58,694 bases of DNA from Planctomycetota bacterium (GCA_030065025.1 JASJDY010000055.1:1-58694); one strand, 5' to 3'; counted from the stretch's first letter, positions 45,701 through 54,493 are shown. Made by a program: numbers and translations. Notes: generated by a model not told the origin, from the letters alone.

Positions 45701-45868
45701 TCCTGGGCCCCGGTCGCGGAGCTCCGGGCCAGCCCCCGCGTGCGCTCGATCGCGATCGGCCCGACAGGTCGCTATCTCGCCGCGTCCGTCTACGTGGCCG
45801 ACGGCGCCGTGTGGGACGTCGCGTACCTCCGCCGCGAGCTCGACGTCCTGGGTCTCGACTGGGACTGA
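42716..45868 (+). CDS. Ser/Thr kinase with TM segment and WD40 repeats
   Basis: GQGAFAAVW, VALK, HRDVKPSN, TDFGLA, GTPAYMSPE, DVYSLG; WD-like repeats such as FSPDGRVLASGS and LQGH..SASQDWTLRTW. Confidence 0.93.
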   Translation: MSNAVSPIDETRRREFERQWIEQGHAQIEDHLPERGDPAFSATLIELVCIDMEMRSRLGEPPSVSDYVRAYDFEGEERMRLKEEAAYLARRRIQRGSRIGRYVLEEVRGQGAFAAVWRARDPDLGRVVALKRLRPALATDEEARERFRREARSAARLRHPAIVTVHEVGEDVSGPFLVSDFIPGPTLGDALKKRAYTPDEAAELVTRLADALDYAHQFGIVHRDVKPSNVLLDEAGRPLLTDFGLARLGEADATLTRQGQLLGTPAYMSPEQARGDVDAIDRRSDVYSLGVVLYELLCGRPPFQGETATLFYAVVHKDVPRPRKLRREIPADLETICLKAISREPDRRYPTADALADDLRRYLARQPIEARQAGVLGRVALWARRNPAIAASLVVIAVVVGIAFQRVLTERTRFEDAHRQSQANLYRSLVRQAEAQLALPRGAGREAAWTSVQDATRVETAERDIVELRNLALRYLTAEGPHFREAGRWRSEEKITRLALSPDGTKLAEVGPSGTYLRDAATGSVLRHIAKPARAVSFAPNGATIAVARDRFVHMLDATTLAERASFPCTAPPEAIAFDHAGARVACVSRDGPAEVFALTTDGARRALELPHAGHDVAFGAFDTLTLACVDGGIRQVDLATAEIRWTQHFEEPVRQVVSAGQRVAAFSWERLRFTIFDAQGGGQRHPEGLHEASLRTVAFGPGGYVLTASSDGVVAAYDKQLARTTEQRVAGAIHLAAVGGGRILALDRDGERTLWQMTVPRGRASFSAEHRARFLPGQLRLFDGRRILDCENGLRAVSPTAHADSAVWGVAVDPAGRRLARSTHNGRIELLDATTLERVHLLLPKGPLAWTTAFSPDGRVLASGSGNDVLLFDTESGEMLHRLQGHERFVSGLAFRGDELISASQDWTLRTWSWRSGRALGVLARRTRVYDLHVEGDTVYAACRDGCLRIWEPAHTDPHVVRVGAEPLWAVGPGPGGLIATGSQAGEIHLLAPDSWAPVAELRASPRVRSIAIGPTGRYLAASVYVADGAVWDVAYLRRELDVLGLDWD

Positions 45869-45971
45869 GCCGCTTTTCTCGATTCCGTTGACCGGTTCCG
45901 CGGCGCGACGGCAATGCCCTCCTGCCACCCGTTCGGGTGGAGCCGTGGTGTGCCGGGAGGAGCAGCTCGTG

Positions 45972-46706
45972 ATGTGGATGAAGCGATGTGCGTTGGCCGT
46001 GTTCCTGCTCCTCGCGGCCGCCGCCTTCTCGCAAGAGGCGTGGGCCGACAGCATCACGCTCAAAGGCGGCACGCAGCAGGTAACCGTGACGAACGGCTCC
46101 AGCACGGGCTCAGCGTTCCACACGGCGCCGAATCCCGGGTCTTCTTGGAGTCAGACGACCCAAGCCACCAGGAGCCGTTCGGGGGGCAGCTACGCGAGCA
46201 CGGGCACCCTGATCACGGATCTGGGGCAGACCGAGTTCGATCTCGACATGACGCTGAGCGCCTCTCGCTACCGCAGGGAAGGACGCAGGGGCAGCGCGAC
46301 GGCGTTCGGCACGCTCTACTTCACGGCGGACGAGGCGCTGGACTACACGCTCTCCGGCGGCCTCACACGGACGTCTGGGAGCGGCACGGTGCAGCATCGA
46401 GTCCTGCTCATCGACGACACGGCCAACACCGAGCTCTATAACAGCGGCTACGTCAGCAACAGCACCTCGACGTCGCTCACAGGTGCAGGGCTCACCGGCA
46501 GCCTGATCGCGGGCCACGCCTACAGTCTGTCGTTCGAGTACTTCGCAGGTACGACCGCCCACAACGGATCCATCGCAGCGACCGGTGATCTCCTGCTCTC
46601 GTTCGCAGGCACGGGTTCGCCCGTGCCCGAGCCCGGCACGCTCGCCCTGCTCGGTCTCGGTCTCGGCTGCATCGTCCTGCACCGCCGCCGCGCGCGCGCC
46701 GCCTGA
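45972..46706 (+). CDS. PEP-CTERM sorting-signal protein
   Basis: Signal peptide, Ser/Thr/Gly-rich body, C-terminal VPEPGTLALLGLGLGCIVLHRRRAR. Confidence 0.92.
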   Translation: MWMKRCALAVFLLLAAAAFSQEAWADSITLKGGTQQVTVTNGSSTGSAFHTAPNPGSSWSQTTQATRSRSGGSYASTGTLITDLGQTEFDLDMTLSASRYRREGRRGSATAFGTLYFTADEALDYTLSGGLTRTSGSGTVQHRVLLIDDTANTELYNSGYVSNSTSTSLTGAGLTGSLIAGHAYSLSFEYFAGTTAHNGSIAATGDLLLSFAGTGSPVPEPGTLALLGLGLGCIVLHRRRARAA

Positions 46707-46711
46707 CGTCG

Positions 46712-49700
46712 CTACGGCAGCCCCCACGGCAGCCAAGCCGCCCAGTAGTAGGGATGCGCCCACTTGGCCTGGCTGCGGACGTGGAGCTGCGCTTTGCGCA
46801 ACGCTGCCGCGGGCGCGAGGCCCTTTCCGTCCTGCGGGCTCCATAGCTCGTAGAACTTCACCATGAGCGCGCGCGTCGCCTCGTCGTCAACCCGCCAGAG
46901 TGATCCGATCACGCGTTTGGATCCGGCCATCTGGAAGCCCTGGACCAGACCGATGACGCCTTCGCCGGACTCCGCCTTGCCGAGCGCCGTCTGACAGGCG
47001 GACAGCACGACCAGCTCGACACCGTCGAGGTCGAGGTGAGACGCCTCGAGCGCGGTGAGGATGCCGTCATCGCCATGTCCGCCCGCGCGGGGGTTCGCGC
47101 CGGCCAGCGCCAGACCCGCCAGCAGCATGGGGTCGTGCCCCTGCGCCAGCTTGCGCTCCATGTTCGCGCCGAGCCACGTCCGCTCTTTCCGCCGGCGCGT
47201 CAGTCCGCGCAGGAGGTCGTCGCGGACGAAGCCGTGGGTGGCGAGGTGGAGTACGCGCTTGCCGGCCAGCTGCGAACGAAGGCGGCTCTCCGTCGCCTCC
47301 TTGCCGGAGAGGACCTCCGAGCCGCTGCCGATGCGGTCGCGGATCGCCTCCGTCTCAGCCTTGGTGCCCGCGAGGTACGCGAAGCGCCGTCCCGGAGGGG
47401 GGCGATCCACGAACGTCCGCCCCGTCTGCGCCGTGTCCTTGCCGACGGCCGCCTCGTCGTAGTTCACGCCGCCGAGCAGGAGTGCGCCCGTTCCCGCCGC
47501 TGGCGCATCGGGCCACGGCACGAGATCCTGCGCCATCGAGACTGCCGAGAGCTCGTACTCGTCGATCACGAGACGGCCAGGCGCGGCGCCTGGGAGCGCC
47601 CCAAACGGAACGGCCGCCAGGGCCGCGTCGGGACATACGTGGATCCGGTTGACGGACTTGCCGAGGCGTGCCGCGATCGGATCGAAGATCAGCGCGCGCA
47701 GCGTCTTGCCTGCGTCGCGCCACCCGTCGTCGTCGCTCTCGGGGGCGCTCTCGGCGAACTCGGCGGCAGCCTCTTCGATGGCCTCGGCGTCGCCGAGCTC
47801 CACGCGCACCGGCTGGCCGCGGCGGCCGATGATCCACGCAAGGTAGGTGTCGTCCGAGCGCAGGTACTCGAGCAGCACGGCGTCGGCTTCCAGCCGTGCC
47901 TGGATGTCCGCAAGCGACAGCTGCAGGCGCTCGAGCTTCTGACGCATGGGCGCAAGGTCGCGCTGCAGCGCGAGCGCAAGCTGCTCCCGCTGCGAGGCTG
48001 CGTCGGCGTAGGCCTTCTGCCAGGCAGCCTTCTTCCGCTTGTCCCGTAGCGAGGGCATGGCGTTCGCCAGCTTCGCGAGTCGGCGCTCCGCCTGCTTGAG
48101 GGCGCCGATGCGCGCGCGCGCTTCCTCGTCGGCACCACGAGCGAGTCGTCGCTCCCCCGACTCCGCTCGCGCGATCAGGCCCTTGAAGCGCAGCACCTCG
48201 GCGACACCGGAGCGCTCGATGCGAGGCGCGACCTCGAGCCACGAGGCGAGGTACGTGCGCAAGGACCGCAGCAGTCCGTAGCGCGTCGATGCCTGGAGGC
48301 CGGTCAGTCCCTGCCGGACCTGCTTCTCCGCCACGGAGAGGCAGCGCGTCAGGAGAGAGGCTGCCTGATCGTGCTGACCCTGCTTCAGCAGCACGCGGCC
48401 GAGGTCGTGGAGGCTCATGGCCACGCTGGGGTGCTCCGCGCCGAGGGACTCCTGGCGGATCGTGAGCGCGCGCTCATAGAGCGGACGAGCCTCCGCGTAC
48501 GCGCCCCGCGCCATGTGCAGATCCGCCAGGTTGCGGAGGTCGGCTGCGACCTCGGGGTGTTTCGGTCCGAAGACCTTCTCGTCGATCGCGATGGCTCGTT
48601 CGTAGAGGCGGCGGGCTTCGGCGTACGCGCCGAGGGTGACGAGAAGAGCAGCGAGGTTGTTCAGGCTCATGGCCACGCTGGGGTGCTCGGGGCCAAGAGC
48701 CTTCGTCCGGATCCGGAGCGCCTGCTGGTGAAGCGCCAGGGCCTGCTCGTGATCGCCGACGAAGACGAGCAGCTCGGCCAGGTTGTTCATCGCGGTCGCG
48801 ACTTCGGGATGCTCCTCGCCGTTGGCCTTCCTTCGGATACCAAGCGCTCGCTCGTAGAGCGGTCGGGCTTCCTCGTAGGCACCCTGCGCGACGAGCACCG
48901 CGGCGACGTTGTTCAGACCCGTGGCCACGTCGGGGTGCTCCTTCCCCAGTGCCTTTTCCCAGATCGCCAGGGCACGCTCGCACAGGGGGCGCGCACGTTC
49001 GTACGCGCCCAGCGTCTCCAGCAGCAGCCCGAGGTTGCTGAGGCTCATGGCCACCTCGGTGTGCTCGGGTCCGAGCGCCTTCTCGCGGATCCTGAGCGCG
49101 CGCTCGTAGAGCGGGTGTGCCCCCTCGTAGTCGCCCAGCGCGTCGAGTGCCAGGGCCAGGTTGTCGAGGCACGTCGCGACGTTGCGGTGCTCGCGTCCGA
49201 AGGCGATCTCGAAGATCCGCAGCGCACGCTCGTAGAGCGGGCGAGCCTTCTCGTAGGCTCCCGCGGCGTAGTGCAGCATCCCGAGGTTGTTGAGGGCCGT
49301 CCCGACGGAAGGATGGTCCTTGCCGTGCGCGCGCTCCCAGATGGTGAGGGCGCGTTCGTAGCGCGGCCGCGCCTCGGCGTAGGCGCCCATCGCCTCGAAC
49401 AGCGCGGCGAGGTTGTTGAGCACCCGCGCCACGTTCGGGTCATCAGGACCGTACGTCTTCTCCCAGATCGCGAGCGCGCGCTCGTAGAGCGGACGCGCTT
49501 CCTCGTACTCGCCCAGCGTGCGCAGCAGCGCAGCGAGGTTGTTGAGGCCTGTGCCCACGTCCTCGTGCTCCGGGCCGCTCGCCTTCTCCCAGATCCTCAG
49601 CGCACGTTCGTACAGTGGGCGGGCCTGCTTGTACTCGCCGAGCGCCTCCAGCATGGCCGCCAGGTTGTTGAGACTCGTGGCCACGTCGGGGTGGTCCGGT

Positions 49701-49945
49701 CCGAGTGCGCGCTCGCGCAGCTCGAGCACCTGGCGCGCGACGGGTGCCGCCTCGCGGTACTTGCCCTCGCGGTAGAGCGCCAGCACGCGCTGGTTCCACG
49801 CGCGCGCCATGGAGAGGGCCATGCGCCGCTCGGTCTCCGTCATCTCCCTGGCCGGCTTCTTGGGCTCGTCCTTCGGCTTGTCGTCGGACGCAGCGGGTCC
49901 TGCCATGAGCAGCAGGCAGATGCAGAGTCCCACCAGCGTGCGCAT
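46712..49945 (-). CDS. Secreted TPR-repeat and CHAT (caspase-like) protease
   Basis: Signal peptide; about a dozen 42-aa GPEHPxVAxSLNNLA repeats; LHLATHG and LVVLSACQT dyad; HPYYWAA. Confidence 0.93.
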   Translation of the reverse strand: MRTLVGLCICLLLMAGPAASDDKPKDEPKKPAREMTETERRMALSMARAWNQRVLALYREGKYREAAPVARQVLELRERALGPDHPDVATSLNNLAAMLEALGEYKQARPLYERALRIWEKASGPEHEDVGTGLNNLAALLRTLGEYEEARPLYERALAIWEKTYGPDDPNVARVLNNLAALFEAMGAYAEARPRYERALTIWERAHGKDHPSVGTALNNLGMLHYAAGAYEKARPLYERALRIFEIAFGREHRNVATCLDNLALALDALGDYEGAHPLYERALRIREKALGPEHTEVAMSLSNLGLLLETLGAYERARPLCERALAIWEKALGKEHPDVATGLNNVAAVLVAQGAYEEARPLYERALGIRRKANGEEHPEVATAMNNLAELLVFVGDHEQALALHQQALRIRTKALGPEHPSVAMSLNNLAALLVTLGAYAEARRLYERAIAIDEKVFGPKHPEVAADLRNLADLHMARGAYAEARPLYERALTIRQESLGAEHPSVAMSLHDLGRVLLKQGQHDQAASLLTRCLSVAEKQVRQGLTGLQASTRYGLLRSLRTYLASWLEVAPRIERSGVAEVLRFKGLIARAESGERRLARGADEEARARIGALKQAERRLAKLANAMPSLRDKRKKAAWQKAYADAASQREQLALALQRDLAPMRQKLERLQLSLADIQARLEADAVLLEYLRSDDTYLAWIIGRRGQPVRVELGDAEAIEEAAAEFAESAPESDDDGWRDAGKTLRALIFDPIAARLGKSVNRIHVCPDAALAAVPFGALPGAAPGRLVIDEYELSAVSMAQDLVPWPDAPAAGTGALLLGGVNYDEAAVGKDTAQTGRTFVDRPPPGRRFAYLAGTKAETEAIRDRIGSGSEVLSGKEATESRLRSQLAGKRVLHLATHGFVRDDLLRGLTRRRKERTWLGANMERKLAQGHDPMLLAGLALAGANPRAGGHGDDGILTALEASHLDLDGVELVVLSACQTALGKAESGEGVIGLVQGFQMAGSKRVIGSLWRVDDEATRALMVKFYELWSPQDGKGLAPAAALRKAQLHVRSQAKWAHPYYWAAWLPWGLP

Positions 49946-49964
49946 CGTCCTCCCTCGGAGCGGT

Positions 49965-50636
49965 CTAGAGCTGAGGGAGGATATCGCGCTCCGCGGTCTC
50001 GACGTCCTCGGGGAAGTCGATCTCGGTCCACGGGCGGCCGGCGACCTCGACGTACTGGGCGCCGTGCTCGGCTACGAACGCGTCGAGCGCCGCCTCGTAG
50101 TCGCCCTCCGGGTCGGCCGCGTCGATGCTGGTTCGCAGCGCCGGAAGGGAAGCCGCGTCGAGCTTGAAGAAGCCCACGCCCTCGCCGACGAGATCGAAGC
50201 CGGGGAGCTTGCCGCGGCGGATGGCGCGCACGATGCCGCCCTTCACGCCGATCATCATCTCCTCGTCGCCCGGATCGGTGCGCGGGTCGATCGCGAAGCC
50301 GCGCTCGAGCTGCGTCACGTCGGCGAGGATCGTCGGGTCGTAGAGCACGTCCGCGTCCATCACGACGACGTCCTCGTCCAGACCCTCGAGGCCCGCGGAG
50401 AGCGATAGCAGGCTGCCGCGGCGGAACTCGGGGTTGTGGCGGTGGGCGGTGCCGGGGGCATGCTCGAGCAGCTCCTCGGCCATGAAGCCCGTCACGATGC
50501 GCACGGGCACGTCGAGCGCCGCGAGGTTCTCGAGGTGACGCGAGAGCAACGTGCGACCGCCGATCTCGAGCAGGGCCTTCGGCCGGTCGTCCTTGAGGCG
50601 GCGGCCGACGCCCGCAGCGAGGATCACCGCCCTCAC
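49965..50636 (-). CDS. LicC/PntC-like cytidylyltransferase
   Basis: AVILAAGVGRRL..PKALL, MDADV, WTEIDFPED; last gene of the phosphonate operon. Confidence 0.88.
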   Translation of the reverse strand: MRAVILAAGVGRRLKDDRPKALLEIGGRTLLSRHLENLAALDVPVRIVTGFMAEELLEHAPGTAHRHNPEFRRGSLLSLSAGLEGLDEDVVVMDADVLYDPTILADVTQLERGFAIDPRTDPGDEEMMIGVKGGIVRAIRRGKLPGFDLVGEGVGFFKLDAASLPALRTSIDAADPEGDYEAALDAFVAEHGAQYVEVAGRPWTEIDFPEDVETAERDILPQL

Positions 50637-51691
50637 GAGCGGACTCCGGCCAGAGCATCGGCGAGCCCGTGCAGGCGCTCGTCCGGGATGATGCCCATGT
50701 TGCAGACGCGCCAGGCCGAGGACTCCAGGTCACCCTGGCCTGCGTAGATGACGTAGCCCTTCGAGCGCAGGTGCGCGTGCAGCTTCTCGTACGGCACGCC
50801 CTCGGGCAGGCGCGCGCACGTGATCGTGTTGCTGTGCAGCTCCGGCGGCAGGAGCAGCTCCATGCCCCGATCGGCGAGGATGCCGCGGATGATGCCGGCC
50901 GCCCGCGCGTAGCGGGCCTGGCGCCCCTCGACCGTCTCCTCGATCAGCTCGTCGAGCGCGGCCTCGAAGGCGGCCGTCACCTGGATGGCGGGCGTGAACG
51001 GCGTGCCGCCCGCGCGCTGCTTGGCCAGCTGGTTGCCCATGTCGAAGTAGACCGACCGCGTGCGCAGCTCGGCGCCCTTCTTCACGAGTACGAACGAGAC
51101 GCCCGGCAGGCCCTGGATGCACTTGTTTGCCGTCGAGCACACCGCCGCCGGCTGGATCGCGTCGAAGTCGAACTCCTCGCCGGCGAGGCCGCTCACGCTG
51201 TCGACGAGGAGGCGCCGGCCCGTGCGGTGGGCGATCTCGGCGATGGCCTGCACGTCGTTGAGCAGTCCCACGGTCGTCTCGTGGTGGACGCACGCGATCG
51301 TGTCGAGGCCGTCCTCGAGCGCGTCTTCGATCACCTGCGGGTCGGGGCGATCGGTCCACGGCACCTGCACGACCTTGCAGCGAATGCCGTGCGCCTCGGC
51401 CATTTTGCGCAGGCGATCGCCGTAGACGCCGTTGTCGATCACGAGCACGCCGTCGCCTGCGGCGGAGCAGACCATCATCTCCATGCCCGCCGTGCCCGAG
51501 CCCGAGACCAGCGCGGCCTCGTAGTCCGCCTCGACGCCGAAGGCCTGGACGAGCTTGGCGCGCACGCGCGTCTGCATCTCGAGGTACTCGGGCTCGCGAT
51601 GACACTGGTCCTCGCACTCGGCGAGGGCGCGGCGGACGTTCTCCGAGACGTTGATCGGTCCCGGGTTGAGCAGCGTGAAGGCCTGGCCCAT
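50633..51691 (-). CDS. 2-aminoethylphosphonate transaminase (PhnW/AepZ family)
   Basis: LLNPGP, SGSGTAGME, NGVYG, VHHETTVGLLN, DSVS, ANKCIQGLPG, PFTP, VIYAGQG. Confidence 0.88.
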   Translation of the reverse strand: MGQAFTLLNPGPINVSENVRRALAECEDQCHREPEYLEMQTRVRAKLVQAFGVEADYEAALVSGSGTAGMEMMVCSAAGDGVLVIDNGVYGDRLRKMAEAHGIRCKVVQVPWTDRPDPQVIEDALEDGLDTIACVHHETTVGLLNDVQAIAEIAHRTGRRLLVDSVSGLAGEEFDFDAIQPAAVCSTANKCIQGLPGVSFVLVKKGAELRTRSVYFDMGNQLAKQRAGGTPFTPAIQVTAAFEAALDELIEETVEGRQARYARAAGIIRGILADRGMELLLPPELHSNTITCARLPEGVPYEKLHAHLRSKGYVIYAGQGDLESSAWRVCNMGIIPDERLHGLADALAGVRS

Positions 51692-51696
51692 GCGGT

Positions 51697-52254
51697 CTAA
51701 CCCTGGCAGGCCTGGGCGAAGCGCGCGGTGATCTCGGGGGGCGTGTGCGTGACGCGGCCGATGCCCTTCACGTTGCCCTTCTCGACCTTCACGAGGAGCA
51801 TCGCCGGACCCTCGCGCTCGAGGAACGCCGGCAGCGCGGCCTCGAGCTGGTCGGCCGCGACGCGCTCGGCGTAGGCGTAGCCCGAGGCCTTGGCGATCTG
51901 CTCGAGGTGGATCTTGTCGCTGATCGTGGCCTGGCCGCCGGTCGAGCCGTGCGACTCGTTGTCGAGCACGACGTGGTGCAGGTTCTTGAGGTCCAGCGCG
52001 CCGGCGCTGGCGAGCACGCCGGCGCCCATGAGCACGTTCCCGTCGCCGTCGAGGCACAGCACCTTCTTGTCGGGCTGCGTCACGGCGACGCCGATGGCGA
52101 TCGAGAGGCCGAGGCCCATCGAGCCGATCATGTAGAAGTTCTGTCCGCGGTCTTCGGCCGTGAACGCCTCGCGCCCGATCATGCCGTTGCACACGACGGT
52201 GGGGCGGTCGTCCAGCGCCTTCATGACGATCGCTGCGGCTTCAGCTCGACGCAT
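51697..52254 (-). CDS. Phosphonopyruvate decarboxylase beta subunit (ComE-like)
   Basis: NFYMIGSMG, TPP-binding DGDGNVLM...LDNESHGSTGGQ. Confidence 0.88.
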   Translation of the reverse strand: MRRAEAAAIVMKALDDRPTVVCNGMIGREAFTAEDRGQNFYMIGSMGLGLSIAIGVAVTQPDKKVLCLDGDGNVLMGAGVLASAGALDLKNLHHVVLDNESHGSTGGQATISDKIHLEQIAKASGYAYAERVAADQLEAALPAFLEREGPAMLLVKVEKGNVKGIGRVTHTPPEITARFAQACQG

Positions 52255-52759
52255 CGAGGATCCCCTTCGCGACGATCAAGGCGCCCGGCACCTTGCGCTC
52301 GTCGATCTCCTTGGTGATGGCGGCGACGTCCTCGGCGATCGTGTCGGGATTCAGGATCCGCCAGGGCAGGCCCTTCATCTCGCCGAGCGTGATGTTGTCG
52401 AAGTAGCTCGTCATGATCTCGCCCATGACGAGGTGCTCGGGCGCGTCCTGGCCGTCCTTGCCGCGCCACGACACGACGATCAGCGTGGGGATCTCGTAGA
52501 TCACGTCCAGGCTGACGATGGCGTTGAGCGCGACGCCCAGGCCGCTGTTCTGCATGAACACGGCCGGCTTCTTGCCCGCCATGAACGCGCCGGCGGCCAT
52601 GCCCAGCGCGGAGTCCTCGCGGACCGCGCTGATGTAGCCCCACTCCGGCTCTTCGTCGAAGCGGCGGATCACGCCCTTGAGCAGGGAGCACGGCACGCCT
52701 GCGTAGAAGTCGTAGCCGTTGGCCTGCATGGCCTCCAGGAACTCGGTCGTCTGCGGCAT
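52241..52759 (-). CDS. Phosphonopyruvate decarboxylase alpha subunit (ComD-like)
   Basis: GVPCSLLK, REDSALGMAAG, MQNSGLG, SWRG..DAPEH..MG. Confidence 0.88.
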   Translation of the reverse strand: MPQTTEFLEAMQANGYDFYAGVPCSLLKGVIRRFDEEPEWGYISAVREDSALGMAAGAFMAGKKPAVFMQNSGLGVALNAIVSLDVIYEIPTLIVVSWRGKDGQDAPEHLVMGEIMTSYFDNITLGEMKGLPWRILNPDTIAEDVAAITKEIDERKVPGALIVAKGILDASS

Positions 52760-52766
52760 CCCTCGC

Positions 52767-54389
52767 CTACCTCATCTGCGCCCAGGCGCGCTGGTAGTCC
52801 TCGAACGTGTCGATCTCCATCCAACCCTTGTAGGTGTCGATCGTGTTCACGGTCAGGCCCTTGTCGACGAGGGCCTGCAGGAGATCGGTGAGCGCGGCCG
52901 TGGCCAGGCTCTCGGCCTCGTGGACCGGGCCCTCGTCCAGGCCCTCGTACAGCTCGCGTAGCCCCTCGGCGCCCTTCTTCGAGAGCATCAGCATGCCGAT
53001 CCACTCGCCGTTCGGGTCTTCGATCCGCTGGCCGATGCGCTCGAGCGTGTCGCTGCGCGTGCCCTTGAGGAAGCGCTGCCCCGAGCCGGTCTCGCCGTTC
53101 ACGGTGTGGACGAGGTCGCGGTTCGGACGACCCTCGAGGTTCGAGCGGTCCACGACAAGCACGACGTCGCCCTCGGACTGCAGGAGGCGCTCGACCATCT
53201 CCTGGTCGAAGAGGATGTCGCCGTAGAGCACGAGCGTGCGCCGGTCGAGCTCGCCGGCGGCCTCCATGAGCGAGGCCACCTCGCCCTGCGAGGAGTCCGC
53301 GCTGTAGGTCTTGAGGTTCGGGAGGTCGACCGCCTCCTTCTTGTAGCCCACCACGACGGAGATGTCCTTGATGCCGGCCGCGTTGAGCGCGTCGACCTGA
53401 TGGCCGAGGACGGGCTTGCCCTTCACGTCGAGCATCGCCTTCGGGCGGTCCTGCGTGAGCTCGCCGAGCTCGGGGCTCGCGCCCGCCGCGAGGATCACCG
53501 CGCCGACGCGCTGGCCGCCCGACGGCATGAAGGTCTTCTCGTCGGCCTTCATCTGCGGCACGCCGATGAGCTCGTACACGTCGTTCTTCGGCACGACGAG
53601 GTCGTCGACCGACGCGCACGTCTGCTCGCGCGCGATCGTGGCTAGCGCCTCGCGCTGCGCCTTGATGCCGGAGCGCAGGACGTGGTTCGCGTAGATGACG
53701 ATCTGGTAGCCGCCGTCGTAGAGGGTCTGCGCCGACGTCGTCTTGTAGATCGTCGGCACGCAGACGAGCGGCGTGTCGCGGTCCCACTGCTCCGCGAAGC
53801 CGAGCACCTCGTCGGGCTCCGTGGACTTGCTGTGCACGAGCACGAAGTCCGCGCCGGCGTCGGCGTAGGCCCGGCCGCGCATCAGCGCCTCCTCCATGCC
53901 CCACCCGGCAATGAGCGCCTCGGTGCGGGCGATGACGAGGAAGTCGTCGCTCGTGCGCGTGTCGAGAACCGCCTTCACCTTGCCGGCGTGCTCCTCGACG
54001 GGGGCCAGCTCGCGCTTCACGCCCGCATAGAACGAGCAGCGCTTCGGGAAGACGTTGTCCTCGATGCAGACCGCCGAGATGCCTTCGCTCTCATAGGCCT
54101 TCACCATGTGGATGACGTTGATGGCGTTGCCGTAGCCGTTGTCGCAGTCGGCGATGACGGGGATGTCGATGGACTTCACCATCCAGGACGCCGCGCCGAG
54201 TTGCTCGGCCATCGTGAGGATGTTGGCGTCCGGGACGCAGTGTGCCGCCGAGATCTCGAAGCCCGAGGCCCAGACCGCGTCGAAGCCGGCCTCCTCGACG
54301 AGCTTCGCCGTCATCCCGTTGTGGGCTCCGGCCACCAGCAGCGGCCCCGGCTGAGACAGCCGCTCCCTCAGGCGTCGTTTCGCGTCCAT
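52767..54389 (-). CDS. pepM: PEP mutase-like enzyme fused to a C-terminal cytidylyltransferase
   Basis: GAHNG, WASGFEISA, PDAN, ADCDNGYGN, EDNVFPKRCS, IARTEALIAG, VHSK, VPT; then VILAAG..DRPKAML..YGDILF..WMEIDTFEDY. Confidence 0.85.
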   Translation of the reverse strand: MDAKRRLRERLSQPGPLLVAGAHNGMTAKLVEEAGFDAVWASGFEISAAHCVPDANILTMAEQLGAASWMVKSIDIPVIADCDNGYGNAINVIHMVKAYESEGISAVCIEDNVFPKRCSFYAGVKRELAPVEEHAGKVKAVLDTRTSDDFLVIARTEALIAGWGMEEALMRGRAYADAGADFVLVHSKSTEPDEVLGFAEQWDRDTPLVCVPTIYKTTSAQTLYDGGYQIVIYANHVLRSGIKAQREALATIAREQTCASVDDLVVPKNDVYELIGVPQMKADEKTFMPSGGQRVGAVILAAGASPELGELTQDRPKAMLDVKGKPVLGHQVDALNAAGIKDISVVVGYKKEAVDLPNLKTYSADSSQGEVASLMEAAGELDRRTLVLYGDILFDQEMVERLLQSEGDVVLVVDRSNLEGRPNRDLVHTVNGETGSGQRFLKGTRSDTLERIGQRIEDPNGEWIGMLMLSKKGAEGLRELYEGLDEGPVHEAESLATAALTDLLQALVDKGLTVNTIDTYKGWMEIDTFEDYQRAWAQMR

Positions 54390-54493
54390 GTGCACGGCCC
54401 CCCGCTTGGAAATGCCAAGCGCAAGAGTGTAGGTCCGGCCGGGCGAACGGGAGAGGGGCGCGCGACGGCGAGGGGATCGGGCCGCCGGGGGCC

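Noticed and set aside
54404-54418. Sigma54 box immediately upstream of pepM (TGGCATTTCCAAGC)
   Set aside because: GG-N9-GC spacing is one base short
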